Source: Bdellovibrio sp. ZAP7
GTDB lineage: Bacteria; Bdellovibrionota_B; Oligoflexia; Oligoflexales; RGVZ01
Direction of reading: 5' to 3'
Length of the DNA stretch: 64,000 nt
Assembly: GCA_945900755.1 (NCBI GenBank)
Contig: CAMDKS010000003.1
Span: 17,031 to 81,030, forward strand
The notes beneath the pieces were generated by a model that saw only the letters and a list, made by a program, of their open reading frames with translations, was not told where the DNA came from and ran no database searches. The translations under genes were made by a program, and so were the position numbers. Numbering within the stretch: the first letter of the stretch is position 1; the number at the start of each line of letters is the position of its first letter. Positions 46,763 through 56,187 of this stretch are shown in pieces.

Positions 46763-47605
46763 ATGAATAATGTAAAAAATGCACCCCAAATGGGTACCCT
46801 TTGGATGGCTGCGACGACGCTTGGGGATATGCGAGATATACCGCTGAGATCATTAGAAGTTCTTCGAGATTGCCCGTTCCTTATTTTTGAGGAGGATAAG
46901 CAAGCTCGGCAGTTTTTAAAAGCAGCGGGCGTTCAGAGGCAATGGATGCGCTACACCGAACAGCGCGAAGCCTTCACCCTCGAAGAGCTAGAAATGGAAC
47001 TTCGTGCGGGCCGTGACGCTGTCTACATGAGTGATCAAGGAACACCAGGCCTTGCAGATCCGGGCCGAGATTTGGTCGAGGTTGCCATTCGCATTGGAGC
47101 GAGGCTGCGGGTGGTACCTGGCCCAAGCTCATTAACCGCAACCATTTCCGTGTGTCCTATTGATTGCCGGAGGTTTCAGTTTGCAGGTTTTGCACCACGA
47201 GATGAGGAGGACCGCGAGGCCTTTTTAGTTCAGCATTTAGATCACCCGTGGCCAGCCGTTTTTTTTGACACTCCGTACCGAATGAAGCATTTTTTCGAAA
47301 CTCTGGCCAAAGTTTTAAAGGGGTCTGAACGCAAAGTTTTTGTGGGCGTAGACATCAGCGGCGAAAAAGAGGCCTTTTGGTGGGACATCGCTGAAAATCT
47401 ATTGAAAAAAGTGGCACTCCTTGAAGAGAGGCAAAACTATGTGGTTATCGTCCAAGGCAACGGCCGAGAGCTGATCAAAACAAAATCCGCACTTCCCGGC
47501 AAATCATTTGCTGGTCCCAAGCCCAAAAATCGCGAAGATCGCTCTCAGGCGGCTCAACAAAAATTACGAAACAAAACCCCACGCAAGCCAGGAAGCCGTC
47601 GATAG
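46763..47605 (+). CDS. rsmI: 16S rRNA (cytidine1402-2'-O)-methyltransferase, with a basic C-terminal tail
   Basis: Tetrapyrrole-methylase fold motifs DQGTPGLADPG and VVPGPSSL. Confidence 0.8.
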   Translation: MNNVKNAPQMGTLWMAATTLGDMRDIPLRSLEVLRDCPFLIFEEDKQARQFLKAAGVQRQWMRYTEQREAFTLEELEMELRAGRDAVYMSDQGTPGLADPGRDLVEVAIRIGARLRVVPGPSSLTATISVCPIDCRRFQFAGFAPRDEEDREAFLVQHLDHPWPAVFFDTPYRMKHFFETLAKVLKGSERKVFVGVDISGEKEAFWWDIAENLLKKVALLEERQNYVVIVQGNGRELIKTKSALPGKSFAGPKPKNREDRSQAAQQKLRNKTPRKPGSRR

Positions 47606-47649
47606 GCTCTGGTGCAAAACTGTATTGCCATAATAAACAGAAACTGCCC

Positions 47650-47677
47650 TGTACTACCGCTTTATTATGCTGTCCGC
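47650..47677 (-). repeat. copy 4 of the core repeat (inverted orientation)
   Basis: TGTACTACCGCTTTATTATGCTGTCCGC is the reverse complement of GCGGACAGCATAATAAAGCGGTAGTACA. Confidence 0.9.
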
Positions 47678-47737
47678 AGTTCCTGTTGTAGCAGTGAATT
47701 TTTACGGAATTATAAACTCCCGAAATGATGATGCCGT

Positions 47738-49144
47738 TTATTGAAAATCAGCCAGACTCAAAATGTAGTCGAAGTACTCTGACTCTTTGACGGCTTTGGT
47801 AACCCCGTTCATGGTCACCAAGGATTTCTGAACAGTACGATTGCATGTGATTTTCAATCGTTCTATTTTTTGGGTCATTTCGTGCACAACCTCTAGCCCC
47901 ATTGGCTTTTCTGTAAATTTAAATTCTAGGAAATGATAGTTTCCATTCCGGAGTTCAATAACCATGTCAATCTGAACTCCGTTGTTCTGGGCTGTCTTCT
48001 GTTGAAAGAACGGTCCAAAATTTCGAACGTCTCCCAGATCTAAATCTATTTTCTCAAGAATCGTCAAAAACGACGCTTCACAAAATTTTTCAAACTGCAA
48101 ACCGAGGTATATGGGCAACTTAGGAGTGACACTTTTTGAATAGAGATCCCGATCAGTGTTTAAGTTGATCATTTTTCTATTCGGTTCAATAAACCAAAAA
48201 TAGAAATTTAGGAACGGGTCCGTAAGGCGGTATCGAATTGTCTTCGTTTTCTGACCCTCGGTAAAACTAAAGGACTGGTACTCGCGGATAAAATTAGCCT
48301 GAATCAAATTCGTCAGATAGTTTTTGAGTCCACCGCCTCTATCGACACCAAGCCCTTTTGCAATTTCTGAAATAGATGCAGAATTTCGACTTAAATTCCG
48401 AACTATAGCTTCATAATACTTCGTGGACCTAAACTGTTCTTTAAAAAGAGTCTCAAATTCATTTGTAAAAAATCCGTTGCGAGTTAAACATAGTTGATTT
48501 ACGTTTTTTTCAATGGAGAGTGACGGACTAACCTGTTCTAGATACTTTGGGATCCCTCCAAAAAACATATAAAGCATGGCTTTGTCTTTAAATCCTTTTT
48601 TCTCAACAAAGCTTCCAGCCTCTCGAGGTTCAAGGGGGGGTAGGCAGATTTCTAGTGTTTTGCGATTATGCAGGGCCTTGGAGTGAACAACGTGCCTCAC
48701 CATAAAACTCGCTACTGAACCGCATAAAAACACCACTAATTTAGGGTTTTGTTGTGCCCATCGATCCCAAAAAAACTTAAACTCTGCGACCAGCCGACTC
48801 TGCTCTGACGCCATCCAAGGTAGTTCATCAATAAAGACGACCCATCTGCCAGTGTTGATCGTCTCCTCAAGTCCTAACAAAGCTTCATGCCAATTTTTTG
48901 CAGCAATTTTTACACGCCCCGTTTGACGTGACAGTTCAGACACAAAATGTTCGATCTGGGCTGCCTGTCGCTCACCTTCGATGCCTTCGAAATAGAGGAT
49001 GTTGGCTTCTGATTTGATTGCTTCACGAATAAGACGGGATTTACCGACGCGGCGACGTCCGTATAAAACAATGAGTTGAGCATGACGCTGATCATGCATC
49101 TTTTCTTTAATCTGACTTAGCTCTTTTGTGCGTCCAATGAACAT
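47738..49144 (-). CDS. AAA+ 'archaeal-type' ATPase with a DUF234-like C-terminal domain
   Basis: FIGRTKEL...LYGRRRVGKS (Walker A) and VVFIDELPW (Walker B). C-terminal region ends ...QIDMVIELRNGNYHFLEFKF (nuclease-fold-like). Confidence 0.7.
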   Translation of the reverse strand: MFIGRTKELSQIKEKMHDQRHAQLIVLYGRRRVGKSRLIREAIKSEANILYFEGIEGERQAAQIEHFVSELSRQTGRVKIAAKNWHEALLGLEETINTGRWVVFIDELPWMASEQSRLVAEFKFFWDRWAQQNPKLVVFLCGSVASFMVRHVVHSKALHNRKTLEICLPPLEPREAGSFVEKKGFKDKAMLYMFFGGIPKYLEQVSPSLSIEKNVNQLCLTRNGFFTNEFETLFKEQFRSTKYYEAIVRNLSRNSASISEIAKGLGVDRGGGLKNYLTNLIQANFIREYQSFSFTEGQKTKTIRYRLTDPFLNFYFWFIEPNRKMINLNTDRDLYSKSVTPKLPIYLGLQFEKFCEASFLTILEKIDLDLGDVRNFGPFFQQKTAQNNGVQIDMVIELRNGNYHFLEFKFTEKPMGLEVVHEMTQKIERLKITCNRTVQKSLVTMNGVTKAVKESEYFDYILSLADFQ

Positions 49145-49157
49145 TTCCTAATTATAC

Positions 49158-49198
49158 AGATGTGCATACAGAAAAATTTGAACTCTGTGTGCACATCT
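49158..49198. promoter_or_regulatory. 14-bp inverted repeat immediately upstream of the ATPase gene
   Basis: AGATGTGCATACAG-N13-CTGTGTGCACATCT (1 mismatch). On the coding strand it is followed by TATAAT, 6 nt before the ATG. Confidence 0.45.
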
Positions 49199-49327
49199 AA
49201 AAATGGATAAAATAGCCTTGCCATTTTCAAGTAGTATCCGTTTGACGGTCTTCTCGTGCACATGGATGCTAATATTCGCCGGGATCCTTCGCCTGCAGCT
49301 CAGGACACGTCGCTGGCTAAATAAAAC

Positions 49328-50443
49328 CTATAATTTTCCATCGGATACAAACCATTTCGAATCGCGATAAATTGGCAGTCCAACTTTGAAAAAAGCCTTA
49401 ATAATCGCCGCACCAGGGATGGCTAGTAAGACACCCCAGAATCCAAACTGCGAGCTGGAGGCTATGACAGTCAAAATAACGACCATGGGGTGGAGTCCCA
49501 CCTTCGACCCGATTAATTTTGGCGTAATAAGGACCCCATCCAAAATCTGAACGGCGACAATAACTCCCACCAACCACAAAACTGTCACATTCGGTAAATG
49601 CTGCGTAAAAATATAGGTTAAACCTAGCGTGAGACCGACGACCACGTCCATATACGGGATAATTCGGCAAACCCCCGCCGCGATGCCGATAGCCGCACCA
49701 GCCTGCAGGCCGATGGCTGAAAAACCGATCGCGTATAGGCACGCCAGTGCAGTGGCCACCTTTAAATGGCCACGAATGACGTTGGCCAAAGCCTCATCGA
49801 CAATACTTAGTGCTCGCAAGCAATAGGGTCGAATGTCTCGAGGTGTAATGCGTCGAAGGAACATTGTGATGGCCGGCTTCTCGGAAACAAAATAATAGGC
49901 TAGAATTGGGGTCAAAACCACATTCAAAACAGAGTTCAAGAGGCCTGCCCCAACACCAAAAACTCCTTGCCCCGCCATTTGCAAACGAGCTAAACCCTGT
50001 TCCACAAGATTTATTTTACCCATAGCTCGGTCAATGGCGCCATTATCGCGAACACCGTATTCTCGCAATGTTTCTCGCAGTAGTCTTCCAACACTCTTTG
50101 CTAAATTATCAAGCAAAGCTGGAACTTCCTGAATAAGATCGACCAGCTGTTCATACAAAAATGGAAAAATTCGGATGGCAGCCCACGCGATGAAGGCAAA
50201 AAACAAGGACAGAATAATGATCGTTGCAAAGGATCTATGGAGTTTTCGGAGTTCTAGAGAATTCACAAGAGGGTTCATTAGGTAAGCAAGGAATGCGGCC
50301 AAATAAACTGACATCATGACTCGTTCATAGTAAAACGCCCCAACGAAACAGAGCGAAAACAGAAGTGCCAAGAAAATAAAAAAACGCGTCAAAGATTTCC
50401 AATTATGAACCCGAATAATATTTTTTCGCGTTTCTGTCGTCAT
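49328..50443 (-). CDS. AI-2E family (PerM/UPF0118) transporter
   Basis: About 8 TM segments with characteristic size and layout. The call is from overall pattern only. Confidence 0.7.
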   Translation of the reverse strand: MTTETRKNIIRVHNWKSLTRFFIFLALLFSLCFVGAFYYERVMMSVYLAAFLAYLMNPLVNSLELRKLHRSFATIIILSLFFAFIAWAAIRIFPFLYEQLVDLIQEVPALLDNLAKSVGRLLRETLREYGVRDNGAIDRAMGKINLVEQGLARLQMAGQGVFGVGAGLLNSVLNVVLTPILAYYFVSEKPAITMFLRRITPRDIRPYCLRALSIVDEALANVIRGHLKVATALACLYAIGFSAIGLQAGAAIGIAAGVCRIIPYMDVVVGLTLGLTYIFTQHLPNVTVLWLVGVIVAVQILDGVLITPKLIGSKVGLHPMVVILTVIASSSQFGFWGVLLAIPGAAIIKAFFKVGLPIYRDSKWFVSDGKL

Positions 50444-50459
50444 GTACCACCCAAATATA

Positions 50460-51368
50460 CTAGGGACGTTCGGCGCAAATAACTCGGTCGTGTCCGGCTA
50501 GATCTTTTACTATTTCTATTTTCCTCCAATTAGAGTCTTTCAGCAACTGAGCAACTTTTGCCGCCTGATTGAGACCGATTTCTAGGAATAGTTTGCCGCC
50601 CTCACGCAAGGCTTTTTGACTGCGAGTGGCAAAAACCTGGTAGAACTCAAGCCCCTCATCGTCAGAAGAAAATAGCGCCAATTTTGGCTCGTAATTTAAA
50701 GTTTCCCGACTCATTAACTCGACTTCATGCTTAGCTACATAGGGGGGATTTGAAACAACAATATCAAACAAATCTTGCTCAAACACTCCCAATTCGAGAG
50801 CGTCACGATGGATCAAAGTCAAATTTTTCACGCCAATATCCTGCATATTACGACTAGCCACTGCAAGTGCCGCATTGCAAATATCCCACGCCACCACGGT
50901 AGCGCGGGGAACTTCAGAAGCTAGGGAAATGGCCACGCATCCAGACCCCGTGCCGACCTCTAAGATGTGCGGCGCCTCCAGGGCACTAGCCGCCTTCGAC
51001 GCTAGCTCGACTAGTAATTCGGTGTCTGGACGAGGAATTAGTACCGCAGGCGAAACCACAAAACGGTGACGATAGAAGTCGCGATAACCAAGAATATAGG
51101 CCACCGGCTCACCCTCGGCTCGCCGGCGCAGGAGAATTTTGTAGGAATCCCGCTCAGATTTTAAAAGTGGACGATCCAGCTGCAAATATAGACTCATGCG
51201 ATCCAACTCTAAAACGTGAGCTAAAAGTAACTCCGCCTCAAGTTTTGGATGGCTATAACGATCCGTTGATTTTTCCTTCAGCCACGTGGCCGACCACTGA
51301 AGTATGCGCTGAACATTCCATTCATCAGGATTGGCTACAGGCTGTTTTTCATCAGGAATAGTGCCCAC
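50460..51368 (-). CDS. prmC: release-factor glutamine N5-methyltransferase
   Basis: ILEVGTGSG and VSNPPY. Directly downstream of prfA. Confidence 0.85.
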   Translation of the reverse strand: MGTIPDEKQPVANPDEWNVQRILQWSATWLKEKSTDRYSHPKLEAELLLAHVLELDRMSLYLQLDRPLLKSERDSYKILLRRRAEGEPVAYILGYRDFYRHRFVVSPAVLIPRPDTELLVELASKAASALEAPHILEVGTGSGCVAISLASEVPRATVVAWDICNAALAVASRNMQDIGVKNLTLIHRDALELGVFEQDLFDIVVSNPPYVAKHEVELMSRETLNYEPKLALFSSDDEGLEFYQVFATRSQKALREGGKLFLEIGLNQAAKVAQLLKDSNWRKIEIVKDLAGHDRVICAERP

Positions 51369-51378
51369 AAAAATCCGA

Positions 51379-52449
51379 TCAATATGATTTCTCTAGTTGT
51401 TCCTTGAGAAGTTCTGCCTGATGGTGCGTACCAAGCTTATCCAACACGTCATTAATATCGCCATTAAGCGCCTCAGGAAGATTATAAGCGGTATAATTAA
51501 TGCGGTGATCGGTCACGCGACCCTGGGGAAAATTATAGGTCCGAATGCGTTCACTACGATCACCTGACCCGACTAAACTTTTGCGAGTTGCTGAGATTTG
51601 GGCATCCTGATCCGCTTGAGCCTTGGCCAACATTTTTGCTTTAAGAATTTTTAGACCGCGTTCTTTATTTTTAAGCTGGCTTCGTTCTTGCTGGCATTCG
51701 ACCACGATTCCAGTAGGAATGTGAACGATTCGCACGGCGGAGTCTGTAGTATTTACGTGCTGACCTCCAGCACCTGTGGAACGGCAAACCGTAATGTCTA
51801 GGTCTTGAGTCCGAACTTCGACTTCGATCTCATCGGCCTCAACCAGTACGGCAACCGTACAGGCCGACGTATGAACACGCCCCTGGGCCTCTGTTTCGGG
51901 CACACGCTGAACGCGGTGGACACCGCTTTCAAATTTCAGGCGACTGTAAACTTTGTCGCCCTCGACGATCATGATCACTTCCTTAACCCCTCCACGATCG
52001 GCCATCGTGCTGGAAAGGATTTCGGTGCGCCAACCAATTCTCGATGCATACCTCGTATACATACGCAATAAATCACCAGCAAACAATGCGGCCTCTTCAC
52101 CGCCTGTGCCCGCACGGATTTCAACCATTACATTTTTATCGTCGTTAGGATCTGTCGGCAGCATGAGAATCGTAAGCGCTCGCTCCGTCTCCTCAAGCTT
52201 CAACGTGACGTCCTCTAGCTCCTCTTTAGCGAGTGCGCGCATCTCCGAATCCATCTCATTGAGCATGACTTTGGCATCGTCGCGCGCCCGCAAGAGAGCC
52301 TTGTAGGCCCGCCAGGTGACCACAATCTCCTCGATCGAGGCGCGATCTTTCGAAAGCTGCGTGAGCTTCCGCGAGTCGAGTCCATCTTGCGACAACGCCG
52401 CCTCGATATCCTCGAAGCGGCGCTCTACTGAATCTAATTTAGTAAACAT
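51379..52449 (-). CDS. prfA: peptide chain release factor 1
   Basis: PET tripeptide context (RVPETE) and GAGGQHVN (GGQ motif). Confidence 0.95.
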   Translation of the reverse strand: MFTKLDSVERRFEDIEAALSQDGLDSRKLTQLSKDRASIEEIVVTWRAYKALLRARDDAKVMLNEMDSEMRALAKEELEDVTLKLEETERALTILMLPTDPNDDKNVMVEIRAGTGGEEAALFAGDLLRMYTRYASRIGWRTEILSSTMADRGGVKEVIMIVEGDKVYSRLKFESGVHRVQRVPETEAQGRVHTSACTVAVLVEADEIEVEVRTQDLDITVCRSTGAGGQHVNTTDSAVRIVHIPTGIVVECQQERSQLKNKERGLKILKAKMLAKAQADQDAQISATRKSLVGSGDRSERIRTYNFPQGRVTDHRINYTAYNLPEALNGDINDVLDKLGTHHQAELLKEQLEKSY

Positions 52450-52483
52450 CTATTATTTTTACCGTGAGTTCATAACCAAGATC

Positions 52484-53944
52484 TTAGCCATTCATTGAAG
52501 AAATGAACTCAGCATTGGTCTTCGTTTTTTCCATTTTTTCTAGCAAAAATTCCATAGCGTCAACTGTGCTGCGTGGAGCCAAAAGCTTTCGCAGGATCCA
52601 CATACGGTTCAGAATATCTCTTGGAATCAAAAGATCTTCCTTACGAGTTCCAGACTTATTGATGTCAATTGCAGGATAAACCCGCTTTTCTGACAGCTTG
52701 CGGTCCAGATTCAATTCCATATTACCAGTACCTTTGAACTCCTCGAAAATAACCTCATCCATACGAGATCCCGTTTCGATCAACGCCGTAGCGATAATAG
52801 TGAGTGACCCACCATTTTCGATATTTCGCGCCGCCCCAAAGAAACGCTTTGGTTTATCAAGAGCGTTAGAATCAACACCACCCGACAAAATCTTGCCCGA
52901 CGGTGGAACCACTGAGTTATAGGCACGAGCCAGGCGAGTTATCGAGTCAAGTAAAATGACAACGTCTTTGCCATGCTCAACCAAACGCTTAGCCTTCTCA
53001 ATAACCATCTCTGCCACTTGAACGTGACGCTGAGCTGGTTCATCAAACGTCGAGCTAATAACTTCACCGCGAACACTTCGCTGCATGTCTGTTACTTCCT
53101 CAGGACGTTCATCGATCAAGAGAACAATGAGCACCACTTCAGGATGGTTCTTTGCAATCGCTGTTGCGATATTCTGCAAAAGAACAGTCTTACCGGTACG
53201 CGGAGGGGCAACGATCAAAGCTCGCTGTCCTTTTCCAATAGGCGCCATCAGATCAATAATACGAGTGGCCAAATTATTTGGGTCGTATTCCATCTTGAAT
53301 TTTTCCATTGGATACAAAGGAGTTAAGTTATCAAAGATAATCTTCTCTGCGCTTTGATCTGGAGATGTGCCGTTGACCTTCTCTACTTTGAGAAGTGCAA
53401 AATAACGCTCCCCATCTTTTGGAGGGCGGATTTGACCCGAAACCGTATCTCCTGTGCGCAGGCTAAATCGACGAATTTGGCTTGGAGAAACATAAATATC
53501 ATCTGGTCCCCAAAGATAATTGTAATCCGGAGCCCGCAAGAAACCAAAACCGTCAGGCAATGTTTCGAGAACGCCTTCTCCATAAACAACGCCACCACGC
53601 TCCGAAAGATTCTTAAGGATGGCAAACATCAGCTCGTTTTTACGAAGGTTTGCGGCACCTTCAATTTCAAGTTCGCGTGCAATCTTGTTAAGGTCATTAA
53701 TATGACGATCTTTCAATTGCTTTAAATTAATTTCGCCCGCAATGGCATCAACAAGTGTCTGGGGAAGTGGACGAACCACTTCCGGACCTGCAGGCCGAGG
53801 GGCCGCAGTTTGCTTTACTGATTCTACTTCCACGGCAGACACTTCAGTCTCGACCTTAGGGTCATGGTGCTGTGGGCGGGCTGGGCGGGCAGGCCTTTTT
53901 TTGGGAGTCGAATCGTCGCCGTTGTTGCCTTGGGTCATGGGCAC
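52484..53944 (-). CDS. rho: transcription termination factor Rho, with a basic/Pro-rich N-terminal extension of about 65 aa
   Basis: RNP-like FGFLR, Walker A PPRTGKT, and the Q- and R-loop region. The ATG at 53938 (9 nt after GAGGA) is a likelier start than the GTG at 53944. Confidence 0.95.
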   Translation of the reverse strand: MPMTQGNNGDDSTPKKRPARPARPQHHDPKVETEVSAVEVESVKQTAAPRPAGPEVVRPLPQTLVDAIAGEINLKQLKDRHINDLNKIARELEIEGAANLRKNELMFAILKNLSERGGVVYGEGVLETLPDGFGFLRAPDYNYLWGPDDIYVSPSQIRRFSLRTGDTVSGQIRPPKDGERYFALLKVEKVNGTSPDQSAEKIIFDNLTPLYPMEKFKMEYDPNNLATRIIDLMAPIGKGQRALIVAPPRTGKTVLLQNIATAIAKNHPEVVLIVLLIDERPEEVTDMQRSVRGEVISSTFDEPAQRHVQVAEMVIEKAKRLVEHGKDVVILLDSITRLARAYNSVVPPSGKILSGGVDSNALDKPKRFFGAARNIENGGSLTIIATALIETGSRMDEVIFEEFKGTGNMELNLDRKLSEKRVYPAIDINKSGTRKEDLLIPRDILNRMWILRKLLAPRSTVDAMEFLLEKMEKTKTNAEFISSMNG

Positions 53945-53975
53945 TATTCCTCAATATCTTGGGTTACTTATATTA

Positions 53976-54025
53976 TGGTTAATCGAATGGTTAATTGAAC
54001 GGTTTTATTGAATGTTTTTATTGAA
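53976..54025. repeat. four tandem 12-13-nt units upstream of rho
   Basis: TGGTTAATCGAA | TGGTTAATTGAA | CGGTTTTATTGAA | TGTTTTTATTGAA. Confidence 0.85.
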
Positions 54026-54257
54026 TTTATGTATGGAGATTGGGCTCTTAGGGAATTTGTCGTGATGGGATTGAAACTGAATTTAAAGGCGACTGACCAT
54101 GCTAAATTAATGGTTTGGAATGATATAATCACAAATTCAGAGCAAGGCAAGTATTTAGTTTACAATCACGCCTTTACTTCGAGTACGAGGTTGTAGGATA
54201 ATAACTGTAACATCTCGAATCATCTAACGTAATTGCTGGTTTTAAAGAGGGGGATTT

Positions 54258-54668
54258 ATGCTTAAAAAAATTGCTGTGCTCTTATGCTTTTCAATTCTTG
54301 GAGTCTCCGCCCAAGCACTGGCAGACTCTGAGATTGAGTCTAATTTTCAAGATATGTTTGTCACTGCCGGATACTCTGCAGCTGCAGGCGCCGCTATTGG
54401 GGCTGCACTGCTAACCTTTCAAGAGGAGCCACTTCACCACCTGAAATTTATGTCGGTGGGTGCATCCATAGGCTTCCTCGGCGGGATGAGCGTCGGAAGC
54501 TGGATGGTCATCGCACCTATCTTCGTCGATAAGTCAGACTCGTCCCCCGTCCCAACAAAGCTGGCACAAAATTCTAATCACAGCCAACTTGTGATTCGTC
54601 CGTGGCTTGATGTGGCTAAAAACACCGTTTCGGGACTAGAGGCAGGACTCGTGTTCGCCTCATTTTAG
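54258..54668 (+). CDS. small hypothetical membrane/secreted protein
   Basis: Signal peptide MLKKIAVLLCFSILGVSAQA, followed by two Gly/Ala-rich hydrophobic segments. Confidence 0.4.
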   Translation: MLKKIAVLLCFSILGVSAQALADSEIESNFQDMFVTAGYSAAAGAAIGAALLTFQEEPLHHLKFMSVGASIGFLGGMSVGSWMVIAPIFVDKSDSSPVPTKLAQNSNHSQLVIRPWLDVAKNTVSGLEAGLVFASF

Positions 54669-54674
54669 GATGAG

Positions 54675-56024
54675 CTAGTGAACCACTCGGCCCACTAAGT
54701 CGTATTCGTAGGATTCAGTAATTTCTACCATTTGAATTTGGCCAGCTTTTAGTGGACCATCATTGAGATAAACGATGCCGTCAACCTCTGGTGCCTGAAC
54801 ACTCATTCGTCCCTGCCATATCAGTTCGCTTTCCTCACTAGGACCGGCAACTAGTACGGGAATTCTCTTACCAACAAATCGTCGCAATTTTTCACGGGAA
54901 ATTTCTTTTTGAATTTCCATGATTTGAGCTAAACGGTCTTGCTTAATTTCTTCGTCAATTTGATTAGTCATGCGACCGGCAACTGTGCCTTCCTCTTGAC
55001 TATAGGAGAAGCAGCCAAGGTGCTCAAACTTGAGTTCTTGGACGAGAGATTTAAGATCTGCAAATTCCTCGTCTGTTTCCCCAGGAAAGCCCACCATAAC
55101 AGAAGTACGAATCGCAACAGAAGGCACCATTTCTCGCAGAGATTTCACCGTTGAAATAATCTCTTCGCGAGTTACGGCACGGTTCATTCGTTTCAAGATA
55201 GCATTGGATCCATGCTGTACAGGAATATCGAGATACTTTACAATTTTGTCTTCTTTGGCAAAGAATTCTAAAAATTCCGGGCTTATGTTTTCAGGGTAAA
55301 CATAAAGCAAACGAATCCACCTTAGATTATCAATTTGAACCATAGCGCGTAGTAATTCAAGAAGATCGGTCTCCCCGTTTTCTCGCCCATAAGCAGCCAA
55401 ATCCTGCGCAATTAAATTGATTTCCTGCACACCAGTATCCACCAAATTCATAACTTCTTTAATGATACTGTGCACGGGGCGACTTCGAAGGCGACCGCGA
55501 ATGGCAGGAATGATGCAAAATGCACAGTTGTGCTGACAGCCCTCTGCAACCTTAACGTAGGCACTATGAGACGACAGCGTGTTGACTCTTGGCATTTCTT
55601 CATTATAGAGATAATTTGTGCGCTTAGCGTGAATAGTCCCTTTTTGAATCGGGGATGCAAGTAGATCTCCAATGCGAGAGAATTCATCCGTACCAATAAA
55701 CAAATCGACCTCAGGCAATCCTTTGACCAACTGAGATTTATAACGCTGCGTTAAACATCCAGCGACGATCAGCTTCATGTTTGCGTTGGATTTTTTGAGC
55801 TCTGCCATTGACAGTATCGTATCGATACTTTCTTCTTTTGCTGACGCAATAAATCCACAGGTATTAACAATGACTGCATCCGCTGATTCTGGATCGTCCA
55901 CTGATTGCCAGCCATCACGCAGCAAAGTTCCAACCATAACTTCGGAATCCACTCGGTTTCTAGAACAACCAAGCGAAACTAAATGAACTTTTTTGATACC
56001 TTCGGATGATATGGTCGCAGTCAT
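54675..56024 (-). CDS. rimO: ribosomal protein S12 methylthiotransferase
   Basis: SLGCSRNRVDSE (UPF0004 domain), radical-SAM CQHNCAFC, and a C-terminal TRAM domain. Confidence 0.8.
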   Translation of the reverse strand: MTATISSEGIKKVHLVSLGCSRNRVDSEVMVGTLLRDGWQSVDDPESADAVIVNTCGFIASAKEESIDTILSMAELKKSNANMKLIVAGCLTQRYKSQLVKGLPEVDLFIGTDEFSRIGDLLASPIQKGTIHAKRTNYLYNEEMPRVNTLSSHSAYVKVAEGCQHNCAFCIIPAIRGRLRSRPVHSIIKEVMNLVDTGVQEINLIAQDLAAYGRENGETDLLELLRAMVQIDNLRWIRLLYVYPENISPEFLEFFAKEDKIVKYLDIPVQHGSNAILKRMNRAVTREEIISTVKSLREMVPSVAIRTSVMVGFPGETDEEFADLKSLVQELKFEHLGCFSYSQEEGTVAGRMTNQIDEEIKQDRLAQIMEIQKEISREKLRRFVGKRIPVLVAGPSEESELIWQGRMSVQAPEVDGIVYLNDGPLKAGQIQMVEITESYEYDLVGRVVH

Positions 56025-56187
56025 AGAACCTCTCTATTAATAGAATAGGGGTGATTTCTACCACATTATATTAATAATTCAAGAATTTTATTGGTTTCCG
56101 GCGCAATTTATAGGCGTGCCGTCTTCAAATTTTCGAAGCTGATTCCAAAAATCGTACAAACAACTGAATATGTTAAGAAAAATTACG

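Noticed and set aside
11218-47677. Interpreting the four-copy repeat as a bona fide REP/BIME element mobilised by a RAYT transposase, or as integron attC sites.
   Set aside because: Only one copy forms the full hairpin. The GTAG lies 3' rather than 5' of the stem. No RAYT or integron-integrase gene is in the window. There is no GTTRRRY core. I keep it as an unexplained repeat family rather than assigning it to a class.
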